From a virus (Duplodnaviria > Caudoviricetes), in the IMG/VR virus record IMGVR_UViG_3300006805_000016, positions 1 through 38,610 of that record: a stretch of DNA of 38,610 bases. One strand, 5' to 3'. The position numbers and the translations under genes were made by a program. The notes beneath the pieces were generated by a model. The model saw only the letters and a list, made by a program, of their open reading frames with translations. It was not told the DNA's origin and did not search any database. The first letter of the stretch is position 1. Each line of letters begins with the position of its first letter. This document shows positions 14,441 to 24,617 of this stretch, piece by piece.

Positions 14441-16741
14441 TTATGTAGGATCTACCGGGTGATCGACTAAGAGTCTTACCCGCATGTTAAGTTTTGGAGG
14501 CTCGTTCGATGAAAACGAAACTTTCCTAGAAATTATTTGAGCCCTATAATGGCTCGCTCGTTTCCAATAATCGCCATTTACAAAATCAAGCGCCGCCGTT
14601 GCGTAAGCTGGATATGAAGCGTTTGCGCTTGTTCCAAAATACGAGGGCAATTCAGGCGAGATGATTGTAATTATATCAAGTAAATCGAGCGCTTTCCATT
14701 TGCTATATGGTAGCGAGAACGAGGCGGTTGTGTGTGCCGTTCTGTAAGTCCTGGCTATAAAATTAGCCATTGCCTCGGCGCTTGAACTGTCACCTAAATA
14801 ATCAAAATTAATATTCTTTATGAAGTTTTCGCCGTAAGTCGTAACGCTCTGAGAGAGTAACCAAGTTAAATAACTTGAATCCCCATGACGCCACTCAATC
14901 GTACCGCTATAATTCAATAATGCGCCTGTGTTGATAAAGCTATATTGATTAGAATTAACAATACTTTTTGCATAAACAAAACTAACTCTATTGATGACAG
15001 TCTCAAGACCGGGGCAATTTATGTTTAGGCCGCTTATTATATCTTCGTCGGTAATCGTTGCTACACTTGATTGAGTTGAGCCCCAAGCCCACAAGCACAA
15101 TTGAGACGAGCTCCCATTGTAGAGTGAAATCTTACACCCTGAGTTTCTACATATTTCTTGATATACATCTCTTAAAACCGCCCGGCCTTGGGTCGCTCCT
15201 GATATTTTGCGATAATATTTACTCGTCGTTGTTGTTACTTCTGTATGCGTGCTCGAGTGTCTCGAAAAATCAAACCTTCCGCCCGTCCATGTCGAGCCGT
15301 TCCATTCCTTATCTAATAATTCTATCACGTGTTGCGCGTTATCTATTAGCTGATAAGCTGCCCCCGTAATAGTCCCCGACGAGCTGTCATTTAGGCCGTC
15401 AACGATGAAAACCATATCTAGCCCGCTTAAATCCGTTGTTGGATCTGTTGCTGTGTTTTGAGTAATAGCAACGTAAGAGAAGTTATAGCCGCTTGTATCG
15501 GTGCTAATTAATCCGCTCCCGTTGTCGGTAAAAACCGCCCCTAAAACGTCGAAGATTAGTTTTAAATTGGTTAGCGGTATCCACATGGCATCGTCGCCCG
15601 CGCCTGTATCTGTGGGCTTTAATGAATACGAGCCGGTATCGGCTAATTGGCTCCCCCAATACCATACCGAGGCTATAGTATCGGTATTGATACCTAGATA
15701 ATAATTCTTGCCTTCCTCTATTATTATCGGCTTATCACTTGGGCATATAATTGTATAGTAAGCTTTCGCCCCTGCGCCTGTTGTCGCGTCAACCTTAAAC
15801 TCATATAATACTTTTCGCCCCAACCCCGTATTATCATACGCTTCATAAAGCGTAAATGTGAGCTTTTCGGAAGTTGCGGCGGTGCTGTCGTGGTATAGAT
15901 TGACTAAAATCCTAGTTACTATATATCCATTTGATAGAGTGCCTAACGGTGCTAAGCTCTCCCCGCTTCCCGCTCCCGCCGCTCCCACCCTTACCCCGGT
16001 GTTCGTGGCGTTTAGCGTTCCGCCGTTGCCCGCTACTCTTGTAGTGGTGTTTGTAGCCGATGCTACCTGAACATATTTGCCCTCGCTATTTCTTGCGTAA
16101 TATGCTTGGACGCCTTCGTTTACATATTGATTTGATAGCGTTGATGCATACGCAAAATCGGCGCTTACTGTTAAAGGGCTAACATTAACCGGCTTTACCT
16201 CAACATCAGATCCGAAAATAATCGGGAGATACTGCCCCAGGCTTTCCTGTCTAAATGGCAACCCGCTCGGGTGCGCTACGGGCGTTATTAACTTTCCTAG
16301 AGTTCTATTTGGAATCGAAACGCTTGTAATTCTTATCGCGAGCTCGTTTCCGTTTTTAGTATAGCTTAAAACTTTAGCCGCCCAAGCCTGAACAAAATCC
16401 GACGAAGCGTTTAGATCTTCTATTTCCGATTCTGCATAATAAAGCTTTATCGATTGATTAATTATATTTTCGCGCTCGAGAATGTCGAGGAATCTTCTCT
16501 CGTAACCATATGAGCCCGGGCTGATATCTATAACAATGTCAGAATATATCGGATTAGGTAAGTATTCGCCCTGCTCTGCTCCGAACTCTCCGACGTACTT
16601 TAATATAGGTAAGTATCTACCTATATTGATATCGTTTAAAATTGGCCTATTACTTAAATAATAAGTGTTAGTAACCCCTGTAGTTCTGTCGATTGCTGAA
16701 AGCTGTATATAGAGCCATTGCTGAAGCTTCGGTGTCGTCAT
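14441..16741 (-). CDS. Tail tip / baseplate hub protein
   Basis: 766 aa, downstream of the tape measure and distal-tail-like genes; LPIIFG motif; C-terminal LDLLDIITI. Confidence 0.7.
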   Translation of the reverse strand: MTTPKLQQWLYIQLSAIDRTTGVTNTYYLSNRPILNDINIGRYLPILKYVGEFGAEQGEYLPNPIYSDIVIDISPGSYGYERRFLDILERENIINQSIKLYYAESEIEDLNASSDFVQAWAAKVLSYTKNGNELAIRITSVSIPNRTLGKLITPVAHPSGLPFRQESLGQYLPIIFGSDVEVKPVNVSPLTVSADFAYASTLSNQYVNEGVQAYYARNSEGKYVQVASATNTTTRVAGNGGTLNATNTGVRVGAAGAGSGESLAPLGTLSNGYIVTRILVNLYHDSTAATSEKLTFTLYEAYDNTGLGRKVLYEFKVDATTGAGAKAYYTIICPSDKPIIIEEGKNYYLGINTDTIASVWYWGSQLADTGSYSLKPTDTGAGDDAMWIPLTNLKLIFDVLGAVFTDNGSGLISTDTSGYNFSYVAITQNTATDPTTDLSGLDMVFIVDGLNDSSSGTITGAAYQLIDNAQHVIELLDKEWNGSTWTGGRFDFSRHSSTHTEVTTTTSKYYRKISGATQGRAVLRDVYQEICRNSGCKISLYNGSSSQLCLWAWGSTQSSVATITDEDIISGLNINCPGLETVINRVSFVYAKSIVNSNQYSFINTGALLNYSGTIEWRHGDSSYLTWLLSQSVTTYGENFIKNINFDYLGDSSSAEAMANFIARTYRTAHTTASFSLPYSKWKALDLLDIITIISPELPSYFGTSANASYPAYATAALDFVNGDYWKRASHYRAQIISRKVSFSSNEPPKLNMRVRLLVDHPVDPT

Positions 16742-17541
16742 TAAATCATTTCCTCGAACGTTACCGAAATTTCGTTGCTATCAGGCGCGAGCCATCTAAC
16801 GTCATGCGATATAACAAAACAGTGAATCAATCTAAAATCTCTTAAAATATCATGGTGCGTTTTTGTATAGAGAAACACCGGCTTCATTGGCTCATCAAAG
16901 AGATTAGTAAAAAATTCGTTCTTTTTTGCGTCTGTTATTCCCGACCATCTAAGAGTGAAAATGTATCGACTTTCACGATCGAATTTTCCTCTAGATACTT
17001 TTTCAAACCTTGCCGGGTGAACCGGGTCGCGACCTGGATCGAACCATTGGCCGCAATACATTTTAGAGTGTTTATATTTTCCGCTTTCACAGGTTCCCGA
17101 ACCACAAGGCCAGTAGGTGAGCTTTGTATAAGAGCCCGTAACGGGCATCGTTATACCTACATCTGAATTTGCTAAATCAGCGGTGAAAATAATATCTTCG
17201 CCCCTTACCCCGTAGAGATCTACCGAACCGAGATCTGAACTTGTTCCTGCTAGGCTTGTCGTGGTTGTGCCGTCGTAGCCTGTAAGAAGTAATCTATTAC
17301 TTCCCCACGTTAAGAGATTCGCCCTTGCGACTATAAAGTAATCAATTGTTACTGATGTTAGAGCCTCAAAGTTAAAATCAATACTCCAAGAAGTCCCATC
17401 GGCTGCAAGCTCTGTAAATCTCGACCGCTCTCCTGTGATTAGGTTTTCTACTAAATTAGTAGTCGATACAGTCGCCGACGAGGTAATAGAAATAGCGTCA
17501 ACTGTATATTGAGCCGTTGCTATTAATAAGCTTGTTGTCAC
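16741..17541 (-). CDS. Distal-tail-like minor tail protein (short paralog of 17538..20948)
   Basis: Position after the tape measure gene; collinear similarity with both ends of the 1136-aa neighbour. Confidence 0.65.
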   Translation of the reverse strand: MTTSLLIATAQYTVDAISITSSATVSTTNLVENLITGERSRFTELAADGTSWSIDFNFEALTSVTIDYFIVARANLLTWGSNRLLLTGYDGTTTTSLAGTSSDLGSVDLYGVRGEDIIFTADLANSDVGITMPVTGSYTKLTYWPCGSGTCESGKYKHSKMYCGQWFDPGRDPVHPARFEKVSRGKFDRESRYIFTLRWSGITDAKKNEFFTNLFDEPMKPVFLYTKTHHDILRDFRLIHCFVISHDVRWLAPDSNEISVTFEEMI

Positions 17542-20500
17542 CCTTGGAGCTCCCTAAATCTACATCTTACCGTGTTTAGGTCGTTCCCTTCGCTCTCTGT
17601 TACGCATTCTAAGAGCTCCATGTGTAAGATTCTTTTTTCATCTAGTACGCTGTGATCCGTTGTGGTGAAAAGAAAGACTCCTTTCTTTCTGTAAGAATCC
17701 GAAACTACATTCGTTTCAAACTCGGTTACTTTTGCGTCGGTAACTCTTTTCCAGGTTGCCTCTAGTTCATAGATATTTTGTGCGCTTTTGCCGAAATGAA
17801 CCGCGCCGCTTGCTGCGTATTGTTTTGTCGTCCTTGGTTCTATTTTTTTTAGTGATAGATCATCGGGGTCAAAACCGAAATCAAAATAAGAACCTACATA
17901 GAATTTTGAGTGTTCAAGGTAGCCCGATCCGTTTTGGTCGTAGTCTACCCACCATTGAGCCGCTTGCCCGGAGGTCGTAAACGTCTCATAGAAATCTGTT
18001 CCTCGGCTTCCGTATAGAGTCTCGCCTGTGTCGGTTGAGTTCTGCCACTTATTAGCGAGATATGATTCGACTGATTGCCGCTCTTTATCTGATAGAGCAA
18101 CGTTATAGACTAAAACCTCGCATATATAGCCGTCGAAATATTCGCCCGTAATACTCATTACATAAGCGCCGATCGATGCTCTGTCGAATGTCACAGTTCC
18201 AACGTTTAGAGTATCTTCGTTCATTACGAGATTACTATCTACCCATATAGAGGCGTTTGTTCCTGCGAATTTATGGCTTAATATAGTTGTAGAGGTGTTT
18301 GTTTCGCCTCGTGATGCCGTTACGGCCGCGCCCGCGTCTGCTCTCCTATAGAGTCTATAATTATTAAGAATATATAGATCATGCCATTTCTGAACCGCTT
18401 GAGCCGAATCGCCTAAGTTAAAGAGCGTTTGATTCGTGCCCGTAGTTCGGTTAGTTCTGTAAGCTATAAAAAGAGTGAAAGGGATATCTTCTCCCGATAA
18501 GTCGTCGGCTATTCCGTTAAATCTTAGATGATCTGCTGTCCCATCTAGATATATACAGCGCTTTCCGTTTATTCCTGGATATTGGTTATAACCCAAAGTC
18601 TTAATATAATCGCTTGAAGATTTCCCGAGCCGCAATTGAGCGCCCCATATATAAGCTCCGTCCGAACTAGTTCCTGTATAGCTTGCAGTTCCCGCCGGGC
18701 TTGTTAATCCTATTCTAATGTTTGTAGCCGAGGGCGTTGAGGTACAATCGCAAGTTAGAGAACATCTATACCAACCGCTACCAATGCTTTCAATGGTTGC
18801 CGAGCCCGGAGCGTCTACGCTTGTTACCGCACCGGTTCCAAGATTGAAATGTGCGTAAACAAAACCACTCCCGAACGAGCCCTCAAACCTTAGAGATATA
18901 TCTCTATTTATTCTTTTTGCGTAAACCGAAAATACATACGGCATGTATGCTATAGGCGTGAATGTCGAGGTTCTCGCTAAAAAGTGAGTAGTCGCCGCTG
19001 ATGCGTCCTCTACTAAGGTATCGGCGTCAGTCGCTCCATTAATCGGATTTGCTACTGTGTTCGCTGATATGCTGGCTCTAGTCGGAGTCCATACAGCATT
19101 ATCGAAAGCCTCTGAGTAGGTAAAAAGATTTTCTTTATTATCTTCTCTTGTTAAAGCCGGTCTACTCCCCGCTGTACTTTGTGAGAAGTCGTTTCCATTT
19201 CCGCTTTGATCTGTTGCCGAGGATACCCCGTTATCTGCATCTGTAGTTATTGCTTTTGTAGGATCAAACCAAGCGATCAGGCCATTAATATTTTTTGGGT
19301 TGTCGAAAACCTCGTCATAACTATATTTTGTAGAAAGGTTATGCTCTGCAAAAACTGGCGCGGTTAGGTACTTCGTTTCTAGGCTTGTGTATACTCGCCC
19401 GGCTTCGGAAGAATTTAATTCTTTTTCGTAGAATATAACCTCGCAAATTTCGCCGCCGAAAAATGTATTTCCGGTATTACTTGACGCCCCGATCTCTACG
19501 TCCGTAGTGCTTATTCCTGGTACAGTGTAAGCGCCCGCTGATAAATCAGTAGTAGATTGATTAACCGAATTCAAGTAGATCTTTATCCCGCTTGATGCAG
19601 TTCCGCCGTCATAAGTTGCGACTAGTATGTATGTCGTGTTTGCTGCGTAGGTAGATGCGGCGGTTGTCCTTCCTATGTAATCCGACGAGCCGTTTTGTAT
19701 GATAAATTCGATCTCTCCGCCTACTTTGAGTTGAAACTGAAAACGTCTTTGTGCTGTAGTGCCGTCATAACAGCAAGTAATCATCCCGGTATGTAAACAT
19801 GACGGCCTTACGACCGCCGCAATTGAAAACCCGCCCGCTATCGTCGGGTAATATGTCGACGAAAAGGCTCTGCTTTGTTTTGGAAGATACGAGCATTTAT
19901 TCCCATTTACCCCCATCAGCTCGGGGTATGTGTAAGTTTTTATATAATCAGAATCCGCGGAAACCCTTCTAGATCGGGCTCTTGCTAAATATAGAGTTTC
20001 GGTTCCAGCGGAAACGGCGGCCGAAGGGGGCGAGGCATCGTTTGCGGAAGTTGCAAACCACACCCCCAGATCTGGAAGATGCTCGGCCGTTGCCGTAATA
20101 GTAAGAGTGATTAAATACCAACCATTGCCGAGGCTAGTTATTGTTTTATTAGTTAAGTTGCCGCCCGCGCCGTTAAATGTGCCGTTACTTAAATTGACAC
20201 TTACCCCATGCCAAGGCGAATCGGCGCTCGTACCACACCATGCATATGAGTGTGTTCCGGCTTTTAGTTCTATTTCATAAATCCATTGAGAGCCCGCGGC
20301 TATTCGTATGAATCTATTTCCGGTACCTGCATTCGTCCAGGTAATGCCGTGTCGACTAACTCCCGCCGAGGCTGTCATTAGCGCCGCCGTCGGGTTCCCT
20401 AGATAATCGTTTGAGTGATTATCTACAACGCTTACCGGGTAACTAGTTCGATCCCATGCGGTTGAAAAGCTAAACTGTTCGCTGTAAGTGATAAAGTTTT

Positions 20501-20948
20501 CTTTATTATCGCCTCGCGTTATTAGTGGGCGAGTTGAGTCGGCTCCCTGTTGTTGTATTAAATACCCATTTGTCGAGGAATCATTAACTGTTAAGTATTT
20601 CCCGTATAGCTTTGTATAGTTCCTAGTTAAATCAAACCAAGCTTTAAGCCCTGTAATAACATTCGGATAATATCCGCTACGAACTCCGCCTCTAACTATA
20701 ATACGATTAACATTTGCCGCCTTTAGCATGTCGGCTCTTGCGATTGCTACATAGTTCGCGGCCGCCGCGGCGGGTACAGAGTAATTAATTCGTGTTAAAT
20801 CGCTACTCGCACTAGAGAGCTTTGCTATTTGATAACGCTCTCCGCTTCTTATGTTGTCTACTGGATTATTATCCGTAAACGTGCGATTTGTTTCCGCCCA
20901 CGTAATTTCTTGAGGAATATGCGGGTAGCCTATCAATAAATTTGTCAT
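17538..20948 (-). CDS. Large tail protein with LamG/concanavalin-A-like and carbohydrate-binding-like insertions
   Basis: Two internal modules (GLxAWFD...NKENxxTYSExF...GxGWY...GxICEVxxY..L); Ser/Thr-rich beta composition; first gene after the tape measure gene. Confidence 0.75.
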   Translation of the reverse strand: MTNLLIGYPHIPQEITWAETNRTFTDNNPVDNIRSGERYQIAKLSSASSDLTRINYSVPAAAAANYVAIARADMLKAANVNRIIVRGGVRSGYYPNVITGLKAWFDLTRNYTKLYGKYLTVNDSSTNGYLIQQQGADSTRPLITRGDNKENFITYSEQFSFSTAWDRTSYPVSVVDNHSNDYLGNPTAALMTASAGVSRHGITWTNAGTGNRFIRIAAGSQWIYEIELKAGTHSYAWCGTSADSPWHGVSVNLSNGTFNGAGGNLTNKTITSLGNGWYLITLTITATAEHLPDLGVWFATSANDASPPSAAVSAGTETLYLARARSRRVSADSDYIKTYTYPELMGVNGNKCSYLPKQSRAFSSTYYPTIAGGFSIAAVVRPSCLHTGMITCCYDGTTAQRRFQFQLKVGGEIEFIIQNGSSDYIGRTTAASTYAANTTYILVATYDGGTASSGIKIYLNSVNQSTTDLSAGAYTVPGISTTDVEIGASSNTGNTFFGGEICEVIFYEKELNSSEAGRVYTSLETKYLTAPVFAEHNLSTKYSYDEVFDNPKNINGLIAWFDPTKAITTDADNGVSSATDQSGNGNDFSQSTAGSRPALTREDNKENLFTYSEAFDNAVWTPTRASISANTVANPINGATDADTLVEDASAATTHFLARTSTFTPIAYMPYVFSVYAKRINRDISLRFEGSFGSGFVYAHFNLGTGAVTSVDAPGSATIESIGSGWYRCSLTCDCTSTPSATNIRIGLTSPAGTASYTGTSSDGAYIWGAQLRLGKSSSDYIKTLGYNQYPGINGKRCIYLDGTADHLRFNGIADDLSGEDIPFTLFIAYRTNRTTGTNQTLFNLGDSAQAVQKWHDLYILNNYRLYRRADAGAAVTASRGETNTSTTILSHKFAGTNASIWVDSNLVMNEDTLNVGTVTFDRASIGAYVMSITGEYFDGYICEVLVYNVALSDKERQSVESYLANKWQNSTDTGETLYGSRGTDFYETFTTSGQAAQWWVDYDQNGSGYLEHSKFYVGSYFDFGFDPDDLSLKKIEPRTTKQYAASGAVHFGKSAQNIYELEATWKRVTDAKVTEFETNVVSDSYRKKGVFLFTTTDHSVLDEKRILHMELLECVTESEGNDLNTVRCRFRELQG

Positions 20949-23851
20949 TGAGCTCTCAAACCTGGGCTACCGTTATTAGATGCAATTTGTTCAAGGGCTC
21001 GTCTATCTTCCGCGCTCATAACTACTCGAGCTTCGATTGTCGTTGATTTTCTTTCGGGAATACTTTCTACAAGCTCTAGATAATCGCGTGCGTCTTTGAC
21101 CGCTTCCGCGAATGGAAACTTTGTGTTTTCAAGCTCTGCAAGTGCGGGTAGTAGCTGCTGTGCTGTTGCGCTTGTAAGCTTATCAAGAGTGTCAACGCCT
21201 GAGCTTTTAAGAGCATTAAATACTCTTTCGACTTCATCCGAGGAAACCCCCGCAGTATTTTTTAGCCGCTGCATTACTTGCTCTAGGGTTTTGTCTCCAA
21301 GCTCTTTCGCTTCGAATCCGATATCTTGAAGGGCATCTATAAGGGCTCGCCCCCCTTCGGTTCCGGCGGCTTTTAAGTTATCAAAAGCCTCTTTTACAAG
21401 CCCTATCCCGTCCGGTATTCCTTTCTCGGCGACCTTTTGAATACCAACTAATTGCGCTTGTGCTTGCGCGGCTGATAGTTTTCCGTCGAGAAATGCCTCT
21501 ACGACTACGCCTTGAAGTTCTTCGAAGCTTTTACCGGTTGATTCTACTAAGAGTTGTAGGTTGTTAAGAGATCCGCCGATGTTGTTCGCGAAAACGGCGG
21601 CAAGCTGCCCGCTAACATCTGCTGATATTCCTAGCAGTTCTTCGAACGCCGATCCGACGCCTGAGAAGGCCGCTCGAGCCGAAGGCTCAAGGCTATCAAA
21701 CATTTTCGAAAATGTTCCGTCGGCAAAATCAACGTTCCCGCCGAAAGGGGAATCGCCTTTGAAAACTAGATCCGTTACCTCTTGAAGCTTTCCGTTTACT
21801 ATTACCGCTAATCGATTCGCCTCGAAAGCATCTGCAAAAAATGCGTCGGCTGATTTTCGCGCTTTATTTGCCGCGCTATCACTTCCGAAAGCGTCGAAAA
21901 TTGCTTGTATTGATTTGTCGGCAACGTTTCCGAGAATGTCGCCTACTATTGGGATATCAGCAAAAAGGGCTTTTATTCCTTCGTTTGCCGCTTCTCCTGC
22001 AATATCTCCGTAGTCGCCTGATTTTAAAGTTTTCCCTTCGAAAACTGAATCTATAAGGGTGTTAGCGGCGGCGGCTCCCGCGCTTAGTAATGCGTCCTCA
22101 AAGTCTTTTGCTTTCTGCGCCGCTTCCTTGGCTGCGTCTCCAGTTTCATCGTAACCCTTAACAAGATCGTAGACTCCACTTAACGTGATATTTGCCGCAT
22201 CTCCTACGTTACCAATTGCTACGCTTAGAGACTGATTAGCAACAGAAGCGTTTTGTACGTCGCGTTTTGCGTCCTCTAATACGCCATTTAAGATTTTTTG
22301 AGCATCTGCCGCCGTTAAGGTTCCGTCTTTAACTTTAATTATCGTATCCTCGAAACGAATATCTTCTCGGATAATGTCTGAAACTTTTTTCTGATATTCT
22401 TCAAGCTTCCGCGCTGATTCGGCTAATGCCTTCTCTCGCTCTCGCTCTGCTTTTTCGGAATCTTTAAGAGCTTTCGATCTGTTTTCTTCCGCGACTCGAT
22501 TAAGATCGATTAGCCCGGTACTATCTTTTGTTTTCTTCCCGGTTTTTTCTGTCGCCTCTCCTGTATCATTAAGTGAATTAACAATCTTTTTAAGCTCTAC
22601 GTCTGCTTTAATAAGTGCGGGTGTTACGCCTGTCTTAATTTCTGCACCCAAGAAATCCGCTTCTTCCGCTAATTCCTTAATTGCTTTTTTGGCCTTGTCG
22701 TATCCTAATACACCCTCTTTCCCTGCGTTTTTAAGAATCTTGTCAATATCGCCGGTTATTCGCTCAACGGTGTCTCTTGAGACTTTCATCTCCTTAGCTA
22801 AAATTCTCGCGTCTTCTTCGATATCATCGAGGCCGAAAATTTTACCGACTATGCTCTGCTTTGATTCGAGACTCTTGTAGGCTTGTATGTAGTCGCGATC
22901 CGCATCGAGTTTGTCTTTAATTAGTTCGAGGCCGTTTAGAAAGTTCGGCAATTGGTTCGATAGAAAGCTAGTGAAAGAGCTTGCGAGATTTGCGACGCCT
23001 GTAATTAAAGGATTAAAATCAATCTCTTTCGCGACTCTTGCTAGGCCGTCTAGCGCTTGGTTTAGATTTTCGTTTGCAGATAGAGCCCTAAGAGCTTCGT
23101 CTTTTTCGTTTTGAAATGCGGCCTTTAATTGGTCGATCTTATCGGCGGCGTCGTCTGTAACATCTCCGAGCCTTTCTTGATTTTCTGCAAGCGCTTTTAA
23201 TACAGCTTCACGGGTTGCGAGTACCTTCCCTTCCTCTGAGAGCTTATCAGCGGTTGTACCAATTGATTTTGCAAAATCTTGGTACGCTTTATTATTATCA
23301 ATTACGATCCCGAGGTTCTTAAGTGCCCGATCATTACCACGCAAAAGCGAATCGGTAAGGGCGTTGATCCCATCGGTTGCAGATCCTCCAGTAACTTCCG
23401 CGAATGAGCGAGCCGATTTTGCAACGAGTTCAAACTTTTCAGGGTCTAAACCGCCGACTAAAAGCTCGTTTGCCTGTTTCATTAGGTCGACTTTAGGAAC
23501 GGTATCGCCTAAAGCTGAACTAAATTTTGTGATAAGAACATCGCCCGCGACGCCCGCTTGTTTGGAAAGATTTTCGAATGAAGATGAAATATCATCTATT
23601 GTTGAGCCCCGGGCGATCGCCTCGGGTATTGCGTTTAGTGTATCAACGAGGATTCTTAAGCCGTTATTAGCAACCGCCTGGCCTATTCCCTGTACTAAAC
23701 CTTTTGTGAAATTGTCAAAAGCTCCGCCCGCTCTTTTTGCTTTATCTTCGAGATCGTCGACTTGTTTACCAATATCTTTGAAGCCGGTAACGACGCCCTT
23801 GTCGTCTACGTCTACTTCAATCTCGATTTTATTATCGCTTCCGAACGCCAC
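20945..23851 (-). CDS. Tail tape measure protein
   Basis: 968 aa, Ala/Lys/Glu-rich and helical; follows the frameshifted chaperone pair; LRGNDRALKNLGI motif. Confidence 0.9.
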   Translation of the reverse strand: MAFGSDNKIEIEVDVDDKGVVTGFKDIGKQVDDLEDKAKRAGGAFDNFTKGLVQGIGQAVANNGLRILVDTLNAIPEAIARGSTIDDISSSFENLSKQAGVAGDVLITKFSSALGDTVPKVDLMKQANELLVGGLDPEKFELVAKSARSFAEVTGGSATDGINALTDSLLRGNDRALKNLGIVIDNNKAYQDFAKSIGTTADKLSEEGKVLATREAVLKALAENQERLGDVTDDAADKIDQLKAAFQNEKDEALRALSANENLNQALDGLARVAKEIDFNPLITGVANLASSFTSFLSNQLPNFLNGLELIKDKLDADRDYIQAYKSLESKQSIVGKIFGLDDIEEDARILAKEMKVSRDTVERITGDIDKILKNAGKEGVLGYDKAKKAIKELAEEADFLGAEIKTGVTPALIKADVELKKIVNSLNDTGEATEKTGKKTKDSTGLIDLNRVAEENRSKALKDSEKAEREREKALAESARKLEEYQKKVSDIIREDIRFEDTIIKVKDGTLTAADAQKILNGVLEDAKRDVQNASVANQSLSVAIGNVGDAANITLSGVYDLVKGYDETGDAAKEAAQKAKDFEDALLSAGAAAANTLIDSVFEGKTLKSGDYGDIAGEAANEGIKALFADIPIVGDILGNVADKSIQAIFDAFGSDSAANKARKSADAFFADAFEANRLAVIVNGKLQEVTDLVFKGDSPFGGNVDFADGTFSKMFDSLEPSARAAFSGVGSAFEELLGISADVSGQLAAVFANNIGGSLNNLQLLVESTGKSFEELQGVVVEAFLDGKLSAAQAQAQLVGIQKVAEKGIPDGIGLVKEAFDNLKAAGTEGGRALIDALQDIGFEAKELGDKTLEQVMQRLKNTAGVSSDEVERVFNALKSSGVDTLDKLTSATAQQLLPALAELENTKFPFAEAVKDARDYLELVESIPERKSTTIEARVVMSAEDRRALEQIASNNGSPGLRAQ

Positions 23852-24227
23852 CTTTTGACTTTTCCTTGTTTCGTAAAAACTGTTTGTAGTCCTCGAATAC
23901 GTTTCTAAGTTGTAGAATGATTCGTGGGTTGAGCTCTGAGAGCCCCGACTCTTCTAGTGTTTTCTGCTGTACGATTGCGTACCCGGGGGAAGTGCTTAAG
24001 CACTCTATGTTGATAAACGCATCGGCGAGCGCGTTTAGTTTTCGCGACTCGTCAGAGTATTGAATGTCTTGAATGTCGCACATGTTTTTAAAACACGCGG
24101 GTTTCTTGTTTGATTCCCGTAGAACATTCGAGCAATTTCTACAATTTAAGCCCGGAGTAAAAAGCTTCGTGCGTACAAGCCGGGCGAGCTTCTCGCCTAG
24201 CTCTCCTATTGAGCTAGTTGCAAAAAA
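23832..24227 (-). CDS. Tail assembly chaperone, frameshift extension (gpT-like)
   Basis: Lies in the -1 frame overlapping the end of 24206..24565 and lacks a good start; entered at T-TTT-TTG. Confidence 0.75.
   Translation of the reverse strand, partial: FFATSSIGELGEKLARLVRTKLFTPGLNCRNCSNVLRESNKKPACFKNMCDIQDIQYSDESRKLNALADAFINIECLSTSPGYAIVQQKTLEESGLSELNPRIILQLRNVFEDYKQFLRNKEKSKGGVRKR
24183..24227 (-). other. Programmed -1 ribosomal frameshift site
   Basis: In-frame slippery heptamer T TTT TTG (24221-24227) followed 3 nt later by hairpin CTAGCTC-7-GAGCTAG and a second GGCGAG/CTCGCC hairpin. Confidence 0.78.
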
Positions 24228-24565
24228 CCTTGTAGCCTCGCGATCTCGTAAGCCCAATTAACTGTAATTTTACGAGTAAAGGAAAATTGTAACTTGCCTT
24301 GCTCGTGAAGCTCTTTGAGTTTCTCGAGTGTTAGAGTTTCGCCCGCTGCTTTGATTTCGCCCTCAATGCCTTGAAGGGCTGCAAACACGTGCTTTGTGCT
24401 TGTGGATAAGTCGATCCCTTGTAGATCCGCCCGAGACATATCGATGTATTTTAAAATCGACATTGCAAAAACTGTGTCGATTTCCCGAACGGGACGAAAA
24501 TTAAATTTAATTCCGCCTACTTCGATTTGTACCTTGCCTTCCGAATCAATAAGATCGAGATCCAT
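24206..24565 (-). CDS. Tail assembly chaperone (gpG-like)
   Basis: Between the tail tube and tape measure genes, with a slippery site near its end. Confidence 0.8.
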   Translation of the reverse strand: MDLDLIDSEGKVQIEVGGIKFNFRPVREIDTVFAMSILKYIDMSRADLQGIDLSTSTKHVFAALQGIEGEIKAAGETLTLEKLKELHEQGKLQFSFTRKITVNWAYEIARLQGFLQLAQ

Positions 24566-24575
24566 TCTTGCCCTT

Positions 24576-24606
24576 AAAAAAACCCCACGCCCTTACGAGC
24601 GCGGGG
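24576..24606 (-). terminator. Intrinsic terminator after the tail tube gene
   Basis: CCCCGCGCUC-GUAA-GGGCGUGGGG followed by U7. Confidence 0.8.
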
Positions 24607-24617
24607 GAAAGTAGTAA

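Noticed and set aside
17538-20948. Diversity-generating retroelement or invertible tail-fibre system
   Set aside because: No reverse transcriptase, no near-identical template/variable repeat pair and no inverted gene cassette were seen; the internal repeats are old, protein-level duplications.
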